The notes beneath the pieces are model-generated. The model was not told the origin of the DNA. It ran no database searches and saw nothing but the letters and a program-made list of their open reading frames with translations. 64,000 nucleotides of DNA. It comes from a virus. Shown here one piece after another: positions 22,586-30,911 of this stretch (positions within the stretch are counted from its first letter, which is position 1; each line of letters starts with the position of its first letter). The stretch lies in the IMG/VR virus record IMGVR_UViG_3300006001_000011, positions 1 through 64,000 of that record, one strand, 5' to 3'. Position numbers and translations under genes: made by a program.

Positions 22586-23215
22586 TTATTTCCATATTTT
22601 GTCTAAATCTTTGTCGAAGAATATTCTGTCTTCCGACTCGCAATTGAATATTTCTTCTTTCTTTTTCAAAGGCAGTTCCCATTCCGAGTTATACGCGGAA
22701 TTTTCGTTTGCCTTCTCTCCGAACTCTTCTTCTATCGTCTTTTTGAATTTGGTAAACGCTTCTCCCGTCTTGGAAAGAATGGAGTATTCCTCTTGTCTCT
22801 GTTTGCTCGAAAACAAATATTTCAACTGACGGGGCGTGTACATTTCGCTGTACTTGGACTGCAAAAATTTGTCGTAGGCGTCGTAATATTCTTCGGGGAT
22901 TTCTATGACCAGACAATGAAGGTAAGTGTTAATCATGTCCGAGTCGGGGCAATAGTCGCCTTTAAAGAAGGGCTGACCTCGCACATAGTCCATCAATGCT
23001 CTGAAAGCCGTCGCATTCTTCTTCTTGTCGAACACCGTATAGATGTTTCTTCCCGTCGTAATTCTCGCCTTGCTCAAAAGCTCGTCGTAAATGCCCAACG
23101 CCAACTTTGCCGCAGGATTGTACTTCTTGACAAATTCCGAACCGTGATCTCTTAGACACGGAGCGAGAAAACGCCAAGTTTTGTTCACATATATTCTGTT
23201 TCTCTGCAGTTTCAT
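22586..23215 (-). CDS. Hypothetical protein (start moved to the ATG overlapping the upstream stop)
   Basis: The track start at 23266 overlaps the upstream gene. The ATG at 23215 forms an ATGA with the stop at 23212. I recognise no motif. Confidence 0.6.
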   Translation of the reverse strand: MKLQRNRIYVNKTWRFLAPCLRDHGSEFVKKYNPAAKLALGIYDELLSKARITTGRNIYTVFDKKKNATAFRALMDYVRGQPFFKGDYCPDSDMINTYLHCLVIEIPEEYYDAYDKFLQSKYSEMYTPRQLKYLFSSKQRQEEYSILSKTGEAFTKFKKTIEEEFGEKANENSAYNSEWELPLKKKEEIFNCESEDRIFFDKDLDKIWK

Positions 23216-24288
23216 GGTTCTAACATAATAATGTCTCCTTTCGCCGTAAAAAGGTCTTCTTTCCATCCGGTAAGTTCGTAAAACATAAATTCTTTGAATA
23301 ATTTTTCATATCCTTTTTCTCCGTCGCCTCCGAATCTTCCCAGTTTAATCAGATTGGAAGAATATTGATACAATGCGGGATTGCCGGGATAGTTTACGGA
23401 TTCTACGATATTTATGAAAGCATACGAAAATACGATGTCTTCTCTTCCTCCCAGTTTTTTGAAAGGCTTCTCTATGACTTCTTCGACGGCTTTGAGATAC
23501 CATGCCGCCTGAATGTCGTATCTGAATCTCTTTACGGAAGAGGGGAAGTAAGAAACAGGTTCGCTCATGGTCTTCAAATCAAAGATATATACATTGATTT
23601 TCTTTTCGTCGGAAGTATCTATTATCATAATGTCCAACAATGCTTTGCACTCTTTGCCGTCCATCAAAAAATACAAAGGTTTTTGTTTGTACACTTCGAT
23701 GTTCGAAGAAGGAGAGGCGTCTCTGACGAAATAGTTCTTGGTTCTGGGGTGCGTAGTCAGAGACTCGACTACCTTATCGACCTTGTTCATGACGTCTCTC
23801 GTGATTATTTTCTTCCCTTCGGTCGCGAAAAGCTCTCTGAAATATTCTCGTCCTTTTTCCGTCAGTTTGTTTATTCTGGTTTCCGGCTTCCAGTTGGGTT
23901 GCCAATTAAATTGACACACGGTTTCTCCTATCTCGTTTGCGTATTCTTCCATATTTCTCTTTCCGGGAGGAGCGGTTTTTGCTTTTTCGTACACCGACTG
24001 CACCATTGTTTTTTCAATGTCGCTGAGGTCGATTTCCCTGTCGGAGATGTAATACGTTTTGTCGAAGTCCCCTTCTTCGTGAAGGAGAACGCAATCTACG
24101 ACAGAGCCTATCAGCATGGCTTCGGTTTCTTTTTGGTCTGTTTCGGAAGTCTCCTTCCTCACGTATTTGTCCATGCCTGCGAGCAGTTTTTTCAACGTGC
24201 TCTGGCTTATCGCGTCCGTGTCGAAATACTTTTGAATTTCTTCTTTCGTGCTGTGCGATTTATACCCTGATTTTTCCATTAGTCCCAT
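23212..24288 (-). CDS. PD-(D/E)XK family nuclease (RecB/YqaJ/Cas4-like exonuclease fold)
   Basis: The motifs are LIGSVVDCVLL, ALLDIMIID..(n)..VYIFDLKT and YDIQAAWYL (D..D/ExK..QxxxY). An alternative start at 24279 gives a TAATG junction. Confidence 0.7.
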   Translation of the reverse strand: MGLMEKSGYKSHSTKEEIQKYFDTDAISQSTLKKLLAGMDKYVRKETSETDQKETEAMLIGSVVDCVLLHEEGDFDKTYYISDREIDLSDIEKTMVQSVYEKAKTAPPGKRNMEEYANEIGETVCQFNWQPNWKPETRINKLTEKGREYFRELFATEGKKIITRDVMNKVDKVVESLTTHPRTKNYFVRDASPSSNIEVYKQKPLYFLMDGKECKALLDIMIIDTSDEKKINVYIFDLKTMSEPVSYFPSSVKRFRYDIQAAWYLKAVEEVIEKPFKKLGGREDIVFSYAFINIVESVNYPGNPALYQYSSNLIKLGRFGGDGEKGYEKLFKEFMFYELTGWKEDLFTAKGDIIMLEP

Positions 24289-24671
24289 TTTTCTATTTTG
24301 TTTAAAAGTTTCTTAAAATCTTCAAAAGTCATAAACACCAATTGGTCATACTCCGTTCTTCTTTTTTTTCCTTTCCCGTACATTTTGTGGAGTATGGCTA
24401 TCGTCGTTTTTTTCTGTTCCGCCGAACTTTTGGAGAACATCGTTTTCACCCTTTCTTTGGTGATTTGCAGGACAGACGGAGGTCGGAACTCCGTCTGCTT
24501 TCCCGCTTTTATCTGAACGTTGAACGGAAGGTTTATCAAATCGATTCCCGCGTCGTCGTGTTGTTTGCTTCCGTACCGCGAAGTGACGCAGTCCTCGAAA
24601 CCCATTTTTTTGAATTCCTTCGCGTACAGTCTTTCCGCGTTGTTTCCTTTCGTTCTGTTCGTATTGCCCAT
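24279..24671 (-). CDS. Small endonuclease candidate (Hjc/archaeal Holliday-junction-resolvase-like PD-(D/E)XK pattern)
   Basis: TKGNNAERLYAKEFKKMGF..S..DDAGIDLI..FNVQIKAG resembles G-x3-E-R...D...(E/Q)-x-K of Hjc-type resolvases. This is pattern-level evidence only. Confidence 0.45.
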   Translation of the reverse strand: MGNTNRTKGNNAERLYAKEFKKMGFEDCVTSRYGSKQHDDAGIDLINLPFNVQIKAGKQTEFRPPSVLQITKERVKTMFSKSSAEQKKTTIAILHKMYGKGKKRRTEYDQLVFMTFEDFKKLLNKIEKWD

Positions 24672-24673
24672 GT

Positions 24674-25387
24674 TTAATTTATTTGCGTTTCCAGTTTCAA
24701 ATCGTCGAGGTGAGTCAAAAATTTCTCCGCCGTTCTAAATTCGTTCATTTCCGTTTCTCTTGCCAGTTCTCTTTCGGGAAACAGCTCGCTTTCTATTTTT
24801 CGAGAAGGCAAATAAGCTACTTCCGCTCCGTACTTCTCGAAAATCGAAATATAAACAACTTTGAGGAACTTATGAAAAATTTTGTACAGCTCGTTTGAAA
24901 TCAACTCGTTGGACAGCCACAGTTTATAATTTTCCGGACTGTCCCTGATTCCGAACTCATACTCGTTTACGTTAGACATATTCGTCGTGGTGAGCATCAG
25001 AAGTATCTGGTCGGAAGCCGAAAGTATGCAACCCGGATATACGGATATTATAAATTCGTATTTGTTCACCGTGCTGTTATACCGGTAAGGACCCTTTCTT
25101 CCCGTCAAACTGTCGAATACGGATTCTTTCTTGTATCGAATCGAATACATCGGATACAGCAGTTTGAAATAAATTGTCAGTCCTCCTATTGTCTTGACGG
25201 GTTTGTCGTCAGAATTCGAATATTTGGAATATATTTCCGTGTACATGGGATGGTGCGTTCTCGGAAAGTCTCTTATGCTGTAAGTTCCCGCCGTCATAGG
25301 GTCATAACGAAGACCTGCCGGAACGGGACCGTGCAGACGATTTGTTCCCAACAGGTTTTCTACTATGCTTTTTTCAATTTCATTCAT
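24674..25387 (-). CDS. Hypothetical protein downstream of the E1-like gene (single Cys in VYPGCIL); start moved to an internal ATG
   Basis: The track ORF begins inside the ThiF-like gene. The ATG at 25387 (MNEIEKSIVENLL) lies 13 nt after the ThiF-like stop. Confidence 0.6.
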   Translation of the reverse strand: MNEIEKSIVENLLGTNRLHGPVPAGLRYDPMTAGTYSIRDFPRTHHPMYTEIYSKYSNSDDKPVKTIGGLTIYFKLLYPMYSIRYKKESVFDSLTGRKGPYRYNSTVNKYEFIISVYPGCILSASDQILLMLTTTNMSNVNEYEFGIRDSPENYKLWLSNELISNELYKIFHKFLKVVYISIFEKYGAEVAYLPSRKIESELFPERELARETEMNEFRTAEKFLTHLDDLKLETQIN

Positions 25388-25400
25388 TGCTTTTGAGGTT

Positions 25401-26195
25401 TTAGATAAACGGATTTTTTTCTTTTTCTCTTTCTGCTTTGAGGAATGCCAAATCTTCTTTTTCGGGAACGCATTGCGGACTCTCCGGCTCATTTTCCGGC
25501 TTTTCTTTCGGTTTCGGCTTTCTTTCCGTGCTCAAATTCATGGGCAGAAAATACTCATAGTAGAAAGGCACGTCTCTTACCGCGTCTCCTTCCGCAATAT
25601 TGGTCAGGTGGTTGGTGAAGAAACCGGTCATGAAGGCGGCAATCATGGCGGCGGTATGAGAAGTCTGCCTCATGGTGCAGGGAGCGTCTTCCGCCTCCGC
25701 GTCTGAAAACAAATATTTCTTTTCGTACTCTTCGGCGGTTTTCGGCGTTACGCAAAGTATCTGCATCTGTTCCATGAGAAGCCTTCCGTCTATGAGCAAC
25801 GCGCATGAGTTTTTGTCAATGCAATTTTTGCTCCATACGTTAAACATCATTCTGCGGGCTTCCATGTTGTCGAAAGCGGAAAAACAAAATATATGGCTCA
25901 TGGTGGCATTAGTCAATTTGCTTCCTATGGCATGGATGTCTTTCTCGCAAAATATGCTTATCATTTTGGAAAGGGCGGCTACTTTTCTCGTGCCTATGTC
26001 TTTTCGGGTAAAGAGCTGTCCTCCCAGATTGTGGGCTTCCACGTAATCGTCGTCATATACGATTGTTTTGAATCCCGCGCGGGAAAGGAAGAAGGCGAGC
26101 CAACTTCCTATTCCTCCCGCGCCTCCTATCATGGCGGCTATTTTGTTTTCCTTGTCGAACCAAGGAGCGTCTTTAAATCTTTCTGTCGTTTGCAT
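25401..26195 (-). CDS. ThiF/MoeB/E1-like adenylyltransferase family protein
   Basis: The Rossmann ATP-binding signature is IAAMIGGAGGIGSWLAFFLSRAGFKTIVYDDDYVEAHNLGGQLF..DIGTRKV, followed by FDNMEARR. This is the typical E1/ThiF layout. Confidence 0.8.
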   Translation of the reverse strand: MQTTERFKDAPWFDKENKIAAMIGGAGGIGSWLAFFLSRAGFKTIVYDDDYVEAHNLGGQLFTRKDIGTRKVAALSKMISIFCEKDIHAIGSKLTNATMSHIFCFSAFDNMEARRMMFNVWSKNCIDKNSCALLIDGRLLMEQMQILCVTPKTAEEYEKKYLFSDAEAEDAPCTMRQTSHTAAMIAAFMTGFFTNHLTNIAEGDAVRDVPFYYEYFLPMNLSTERKPKPKEKPENEPESPQCVPEKEDLAFLKAEREKEKNPFI

Positions 26196-26198
26196 CGT

Positions 26199-28007
26199 TT
26201 AAATTTTTAATGAATTAAATTCTTCCGTCATTTCCTCTTTGAAGGGATACTCGTTTTCTTCGACGTCGCCGAGAATGTCTATGCACATGTCTATTGCAAG
26301 ATTTCTGACTTCTTTTAAGTTAAGTTCGATTATGTCCTCTACGCCTGAGTCTTCAAAATGAAAACGAAACTCTTTGTCAAAGTTTTTCTTTATCCTTTCC
26401 ATTAAGACTTTGACGTCGTCGTCTATTATTCCGAACCCGTCGCTTTGAAGAAATCTGAACACCTGATATATGTTGTTCGCATTCGTCATGTGATCGTCTT
26501 TAAACAGGTCATACATAAAGTCTTCCGTCATTGACCGAAAATATCTTTCGGTTTCGTCGGAAAGTTCGCTTATCGTTTTGACCGTGGATTCGAAAAATCT
26601 CAAAGATTCGAGCTTCTTCGCGATTTTATAAGGCAAAGAATACGATTTTTGGTCTCTGCGCAACATTTTCGCGCAGGCTTTGAGCACCATATTTTTCTTT
26701 TCGTAATCGGTTGCCGGAAAACCGTTTTTCGTGATTTCCTTTTTCGAAAAATGCTCTTCAAAAAATTTCTCGAATATGTCTTCCGTGATTCTTATGTTAA
26801 GTCTGTTTTCAAAGAGATTAGGCGAGTTTTTATAGTTTTGCTCTATTCGTTTTAACAGACTTTTCAGCGAAAGATGCTTTCCGAAAGATTCTTGGTCTTG
26901 CAAAAGATCGACCAAAAAATCTTCGATAGCCATAGATTCCCCGTCATTCCCGGTCTTATTAGTCTTGGTCTCTTTTTTTTTTATCTTTTCGACTTCCTCT
27001 TTGTACAATACGAGGTATTTCTCATAGTCTTTCCCCGCTTTGTCGAACAGGTAATTCACCATTTCTTTGGACAGAGTGATGCCGTCGTGTTTCATCGGAG
27101 CCGGCTCTTCGTCGAACAGAGTGGGAGACGGTCTTTTCGATTCCCGTTCCAGTTGTTCCATCTGTTTTTCCAAGTTAATCGAAGAGTCCCATTCGTCGCC
27201 GTCGTGCCTTCTGAGCCAATGAGAATTGCTTGAAGGAGGAGAATAGGAATAGGAGTTGTTATTGGAATAGGAATGAGAAGGCTTCTTCATGATGTCTTCG
27301 ACGGAGTCCAAGAACCTTTTGTCTAAATTAGGAGTTACTTTTTCGGGCAGTTCTATTTTGCAGTCGTGCACGATGAGTTCTTCGCTAGTGAATATGAGGT
27401 TCTTTTCAAAGATGCGATACGGATTTCCGAACTCGTCGTTGGCGAAGAAATCCTCTTTTCCCGTCTTTTTCATTTTGGCTTTGAAGGCGACTTTGGCAAT
27501 CATGTCCATCGCGTTGTTCACGATGAAAGAAAGATAGAAATCATGCGCGGCGGAATTTTCTTTCAGCTCGTCGTTGTCCGTCCCGCTGAAAAACACGGAC
27601 ATTCTGTTATGGGAATGTATCAGCCCTATTTTCCAGTTGTCGTCCAACGCTTCGGGCACGGCTTCGAAATAGTCTATCATTTTGTCGTCTGCGCCTTGAT
27701 TATTCCTTTTGGGTTCGTTGAACTTGTACTCGGTGTAAGACTGAGTTCCTTTGTTCATGGGAATGATGTCTCGAAGGCATATCTCCATTTCGGAAGGATT
27801 TCGGATAGTTCCTTTTACGGAATAGAGCAGTATTCCCGACCATTCCACGTCGTATATCAGACGGCAGAGGTACTCTATTTTCTCAAGCACGGAAAGAGGC
27901 ACGGTTACTTTGATGAGTTCCCTTTGCTCCGGCAATGCGGTTTCGGTTTTGTTTCCCGCGAATTTGTTCATGTTCTTTTTTATTTTGTTTTTAAATCTTG
28001 CTTTCAT
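26199..28007 (-). CDS. JAB/MPN (JAMM) metalloprotease domain protein with a roughly 400 aa C-terminal extension
   Basis: The exact JAMM motif is present: E55 (DVEWSG) and HSHNRMSVFFSGTD = HxH-x7-S-x2-D (nt 27576-27617). An alternative start is at 27971 (MNKFAGNK). Confidence 0.8.
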   Translation of the reverse strand: MKARFKNKIKKNMNKFAGNKTETALPEQRELIKVTVPLSVLEKIEYLCRLIYDVEWSGILLYSVKGTIRNPSEMEICLRDIIPMNKGTQSYTEYKFNEPKRNNQGADDKMIDYFEAVPEALDDNWKIGLIHSHNRMSVFFSGTDNDELKENSAAHDFYLSFIVNNAMDMIAKVAFKAKMKKTGKEDFFANDEFGNPYRIFEKNLIFTSEELIVHDCKIELPEKVTPNLDKRFLDSVEDIMKKPSHSYSNNNSYSYSPPSSNSHWLRRHDGDEWDSSINLEKQMEQLERESKRPSPTLFDEEPAPMKHDGITLSKEMVNYLFDKAGKDYEKYLVLYKEEVEKIKKKETKTNKTGNDGESMAIEDFLVDLLQDQESFGKHLSLKSLLKRIEQNYKNSPNLFENRLNIRITEDIFEKFFEEHFSKKEITKNGFPATDYEKKNMVLKACAKMLRRDQKSYSLPYKIAKKLESLRFFESTVKTISELSDETERYFRSMTEDFMYDLFKDDHMTNANNIYQVFRFLQSDGFGIIDDDVKVLMERIKKNFDKEFRFHFEDSGVEDIIELNLKEVRNLAIDMCIDILGDVEENEYPFKEEMTEEFNSLKI

Positions 28008-29214
28008 TGCGTTTAATGATTCCTTTAAAAAATATGTTTTCTTCTATCCTTGCTTTCGCATAATCGAGGACTTCTTCTTTTATTTCAAAGTGAGTCAGTT
28101 CCAGTTCGTCTTTGTTTGAATCTGAAATAATGATGTTGAAATCGACTCTTTTGCCTCTGAACCAAAAGTGAATGTCTTTCTGTTTGACCAATTCCATTTT
28201 CTTTATGGGGTCGGAGAAATTTTGCGTGACGTTGGCAAACCACCGTCTCTTTCTTTCTCCGTCCAAAATGTACAGATTATGGTGACACAGCGAAAGGTTT
28301 TGCTTCATCAGCGTTTTGAGATAATCTTTGAACAAGTTGTCCGCCGACAGTCTGTAATGTCCGTCCTGAAAAACAAAATTCAGTTTCGGAGGAGGCGGGT
28401 TTCTTGCGATGATCTTCTGCATTTCCTCCCAGAAATAACCGTATGCCATAGTGGTGGAGTCTCCGTCGTGCAGTCCTTTCTTGGGAAGCAGTTTGTGCAT
28501 GGTCATGTGAGGCACTCCTTCCGTCGATTCCCATTCCACGTAGCTGTTCAAAGTATGAAAGAACAATTCCATGTAATCGTTGTCGGAGCCGCTTTCCAGA
28601 CGTTTGAGCATCCTGACCATTTCGGTATTTTCTCCCAGACAGAAATAAGGTTCGACCAAAAATATTTTGTCCGTGTCATATCCTCTTGCGGGGGAATGAG
28701 AATGAATATACGACATGGCGTATTCTTCGAAAGACACGGTGGCTCTGGTCGGTTTTATCGTATTCTGAAAATAGATGTTTCCGGTTTCTTTAAATCTCAT
28801 GTTCAAGAACACGTACATGTCTCTGATGAGGTGTTCGTCCATAAATTCGTTGGTGATTTTTATTTCGGGATAATGCACCGCGACGTACATGAAATAACAG
28901 TTTCCGTCTTTTCCGCTTGCCAGATAACTGTTTTCCTGAAAATAAAATTCCCAACGGTCTTTATACACTCCGTTGAGCACGTCTATGAGGTCGTCTACGG
29001 CTTCCGCAAAAATTTCGGCGTCTTCGAAAGGCACGGAATATATGTTTCCTTTCTTTGCCATATTGTAGATATATTCCGTTTTTCGAGTTTCCCCTTTGAC
29101 GTAATCTTCATACAATTTTTTATATCTTTCGCTTCCGTCTCTTAATGACTTGTGTAAATTCATTTGGGTTTCATTTAAAAAGAAGAAGCAAGGCTTTTGA
29201 CCCTGCTTCTTCAT
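27991..29214 (-). CDS. Hypothetical 407 aa protein between the Ubl-like ORFs and the JAB gene
   Basis: Long ORF in an operon context. It contains SYIHSHSPARGY-x-YFCLGEN. I cannot assign a domain. Confidence 0.65.
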   Translation of the reverse strand: MKKQGQKPCFFFLNETQMNLHKSLRDGSERYKKLYEDYVKGETRKTEYIYNMAKKGNIYSVPFEDAEIFAEAVDDLIDVLNGVYKDRWEFYFQENSYLASGKDGNCYFMYVAVHYPEIKITNEFMDEHLIRDMYVFLNMRFKETGNIYFQNTIKPTRATVSFEEYAMSYIHSHSPARGYDTDKIFLVEPYFCLGENTEMVRMLKRLESGSDNDYMELFFHTLNSYVEWESTEGVPHMTMHKLLPKKGLHDGDSTTMAYGYFWEEMQKIIARNPPPPKLNFVFQDGHYRLSADNLFKDYLKTLMKQNLSLCHHNLYILDGERKRRWFANVTQNFSDPIKKMELVKQKDIHFWFRGKRVDFNIIISDSNKDELELTHFEIKEEVLDYAKARIEENIFFKGIIKRNESKI

Positions 29215-29228
29215 GGTTTGACTGCTTC

Positions 29229-29885
29229 CTAGTTGCTTCCGTGAGCGTCGTACTCGGCTTTCAATTGGCGAAGTTCGGCTTCTTCCGGAGTTTCGTTGAA
29301 AGAGGATACGGACTCCGCTTCTTCCTTTTCGCGTTCTCTGTCACGTTCCGCTTCGCGTTCTGCTTGGCTTTGCGCTTCGCGTTCCGCGTCTTGTTCCGCT
29401 TCGTAGTCCTCGTCCTCAGCTTCTGCTTCCGCCGCTTCTAACGCGATGGTCGTCTCCAATTCAGCCATCTCTCTGGCTAACTTTTCGATTTCCGTCTCGC
29501 TTTCCGTTCTTGCCATGGCGCGGTTGCTTTCCTCTATTCCTTCCGCCGTGGCTATGCGAGCCGAGTTATGGAAAAATTCTCCCAAAAGGGAGAATAATTT
29601 TCCGTTAAAGCTCAGCACTTCTTTCGAGAAGTCCTCTTTTTTTTTTACCTCCGGGTCGAAAGCCCCCGATTTGGTTCTTTCGGGACGGAGGAATAACTTG
29701 AAGTCTCCTTCGGGAAGTCTGTCGCTGTCGTTGGTGAGCGTAGTCTTGTTGGTCGCCTCCGTAGGAAGCAAGTTGCTCAGGTCATAGTGCTGACCGACCT
29801 GTTCCTTGATTTCTCCCCAAGTGGTCGCGTCTGTTTCGATTACTTTTTTTCCTCCTATCGAGGAAAAACAAATGATTGTTCTCAT
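29229..29885 (-). CDS. Ubiquitin-like (beta-grasp pattern) N-terminal domain followed by a long acidic coiled-coil tail
   Basis: The first about 74 aa are MRTIICFSS..KKVIETDATTWGEIKEQVGQHY...LPEGDFKLFLRPERTKSG. About 145 aa of E/A/D-rich sequence follow. It is a paralog of the next ORF. Confidence 0.5.
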   Translation of the reverse strand: MRTIICFSSIGGKKVIETDATTWGEIKEQVGQHYDLSNLLPTEATNKTTLTNDSDRLPEGDFKLFLRPERTKSGAFDPEVKKKEDFSKEVLSFNGKLFSLLGEFFHNSARIATAEGIEESNRAMARTESETEIEKLAREMAELETTIALEAAEAEAEDEDYEAEQDAEREAQSQAEREAERDREREKEEAESVSSFNETPEEAELRQLKAEYDAHGSN

Positions 29886-29889
29886 TGTT

Positions 29890-30177
29890 TTAGATTTGGT
29901 TGTTTAGAATTAATTTTTGTTTCTGTTCTTCCGACAAAAGAGTAAATTTAATTGAGGGACGTCGGACAAAAAATGTCACGTTTCCTTTCGGAATAAGGGC
30001 TTCCGGATTTTCTCCGTATTTGTAAATAAAGACTTCTCCTTTATTCACGCCTGCTTCAAAATTCATAAAGCCTTTCCAATGTTCCGTGATGATTTTTTCG
30101 GCCTGTCCCCAAGTAGTGGCATCGGACATTACTTCATACATTCCTCTCGCGGAGGAATAAAACCTTATTTTTCTCAT
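29890..30177 (-). CDS. Small ubiquitin-like (beta-grasp pattern) protein, paralog of 29229..29885
   Basis: MRKIRFYSS..MYEVMSDATTWGQAEKIITEHW...IPKGNVTFFVRRPSIK aligns residue for residue with the neighbouring ORF. Confidence 0.5.
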   Translation of the reverse strand: MRKIRFYSSARGMYEVMSDATTWGQAEKIITEHWKGFMNFEAGVNKGEVFIYKYGENPEALIPKGNVTFFVRRPSIKFTLLSEEQKQKLILNNQI

Positions 30178-30193
30178 ATTATTCAGATTTAAT

Positions 30194-30898
30194 TTACCAC
30201 TCGATAATGCAAGATTTAGTCCTTTTCAATATCTCGTTTGCCTTGTAAAAATGTTTGCATCCCGAAAAGCCCGTTCTGGAAGAGGGATGCGCCGCCTCCA
30301 GAATGTAGTTAAAATCCGAGTTGGACGGTATCTCGAATAAATCCGCTTCGTTGTAAGCGTTGGCGTCTATTCTGTCTTTCAGATAGGGCTTGATCTGCTG
30401 AGCGTTTATTCCCCACAACATCCAGATGCAGGGGTTTTGGTCAGTAATGATTTTTACCGTCCGTCGTACAAAATACCGCCAATGGCTGAGATGGTTTATT
30501 TCGTAATTCATCTGACAGGTCAGCGAAAGGTTGAGCAAAAACACTCCTTGCGGAGGAAGATGTTCCAACGTATTCGCGTTTCTGCCCTGCTTCATGGGCA
30601 CGTTGTCAAGGAGCATTTCCTTGTTCACTATCCATGTCGCGGGAGGCACTTTTAAACCTTCTTTTATACCGTAAGCCAGTCCGTTGTTGCGATTGTGAAT
30701 AAAATAGGGCTGATTTCCGAAGATGACTGCCTTTATTTCTTTGGGCGACATCGAAAAAGGCTTGAAGAGAACCTCCTTTTCGGGGAGCATTCCTCTTATG
30801 TGCCATTCTTCAAATAATCGCGTCAAAGGGGCTTCGGTCAAAAAACCGAATAAAGGCTTCCAGTCCGGGTGAAACTGGTTTTGAAAGATTTGTTCCAT
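30194..30898 (-). CDS. Family-1 uracil-DNA glycosylase homolog with a non-canonical catalytic motif (GNQPY instead of GQDPY)
   Basis: VIFGNQPYF.., PPQGVFLLNLSLT, WMLWGINAQ and AAHPSSRTGFSGCKHFYKANEIL...IEW align with the UNG motifs VILGQDPYH, QGVLLLN..LTV, LLWG..AQ and HPSPLS..GFFGC.HFS..N..L..IDW. Confidence 0.85.
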   Translation of the reverse strand: MEQIFQNQFHPDWKPLFGFLTEAPLTRLFEEWHIRGMLPEKEVLFKPFSMSPKEIKAVIFGNQPYFIHNRNNGLAYGIKEGLKVPPATWIVNKEMLLDNVPMKQGRNANTLEHLPPQGVFLLNLSLTCQMNYEINHLSHWRYFVRRTVKIITDQNPCIWMLWGINAQQIKPYLKDRIDANAYNEADLFEIPSNSDFNYILEAAHPSSRTGFSGCKHFYKANEILKRTKSCIIEW

Positions 30899-30911
30899 TT
30901 TTGGTTTCCGT

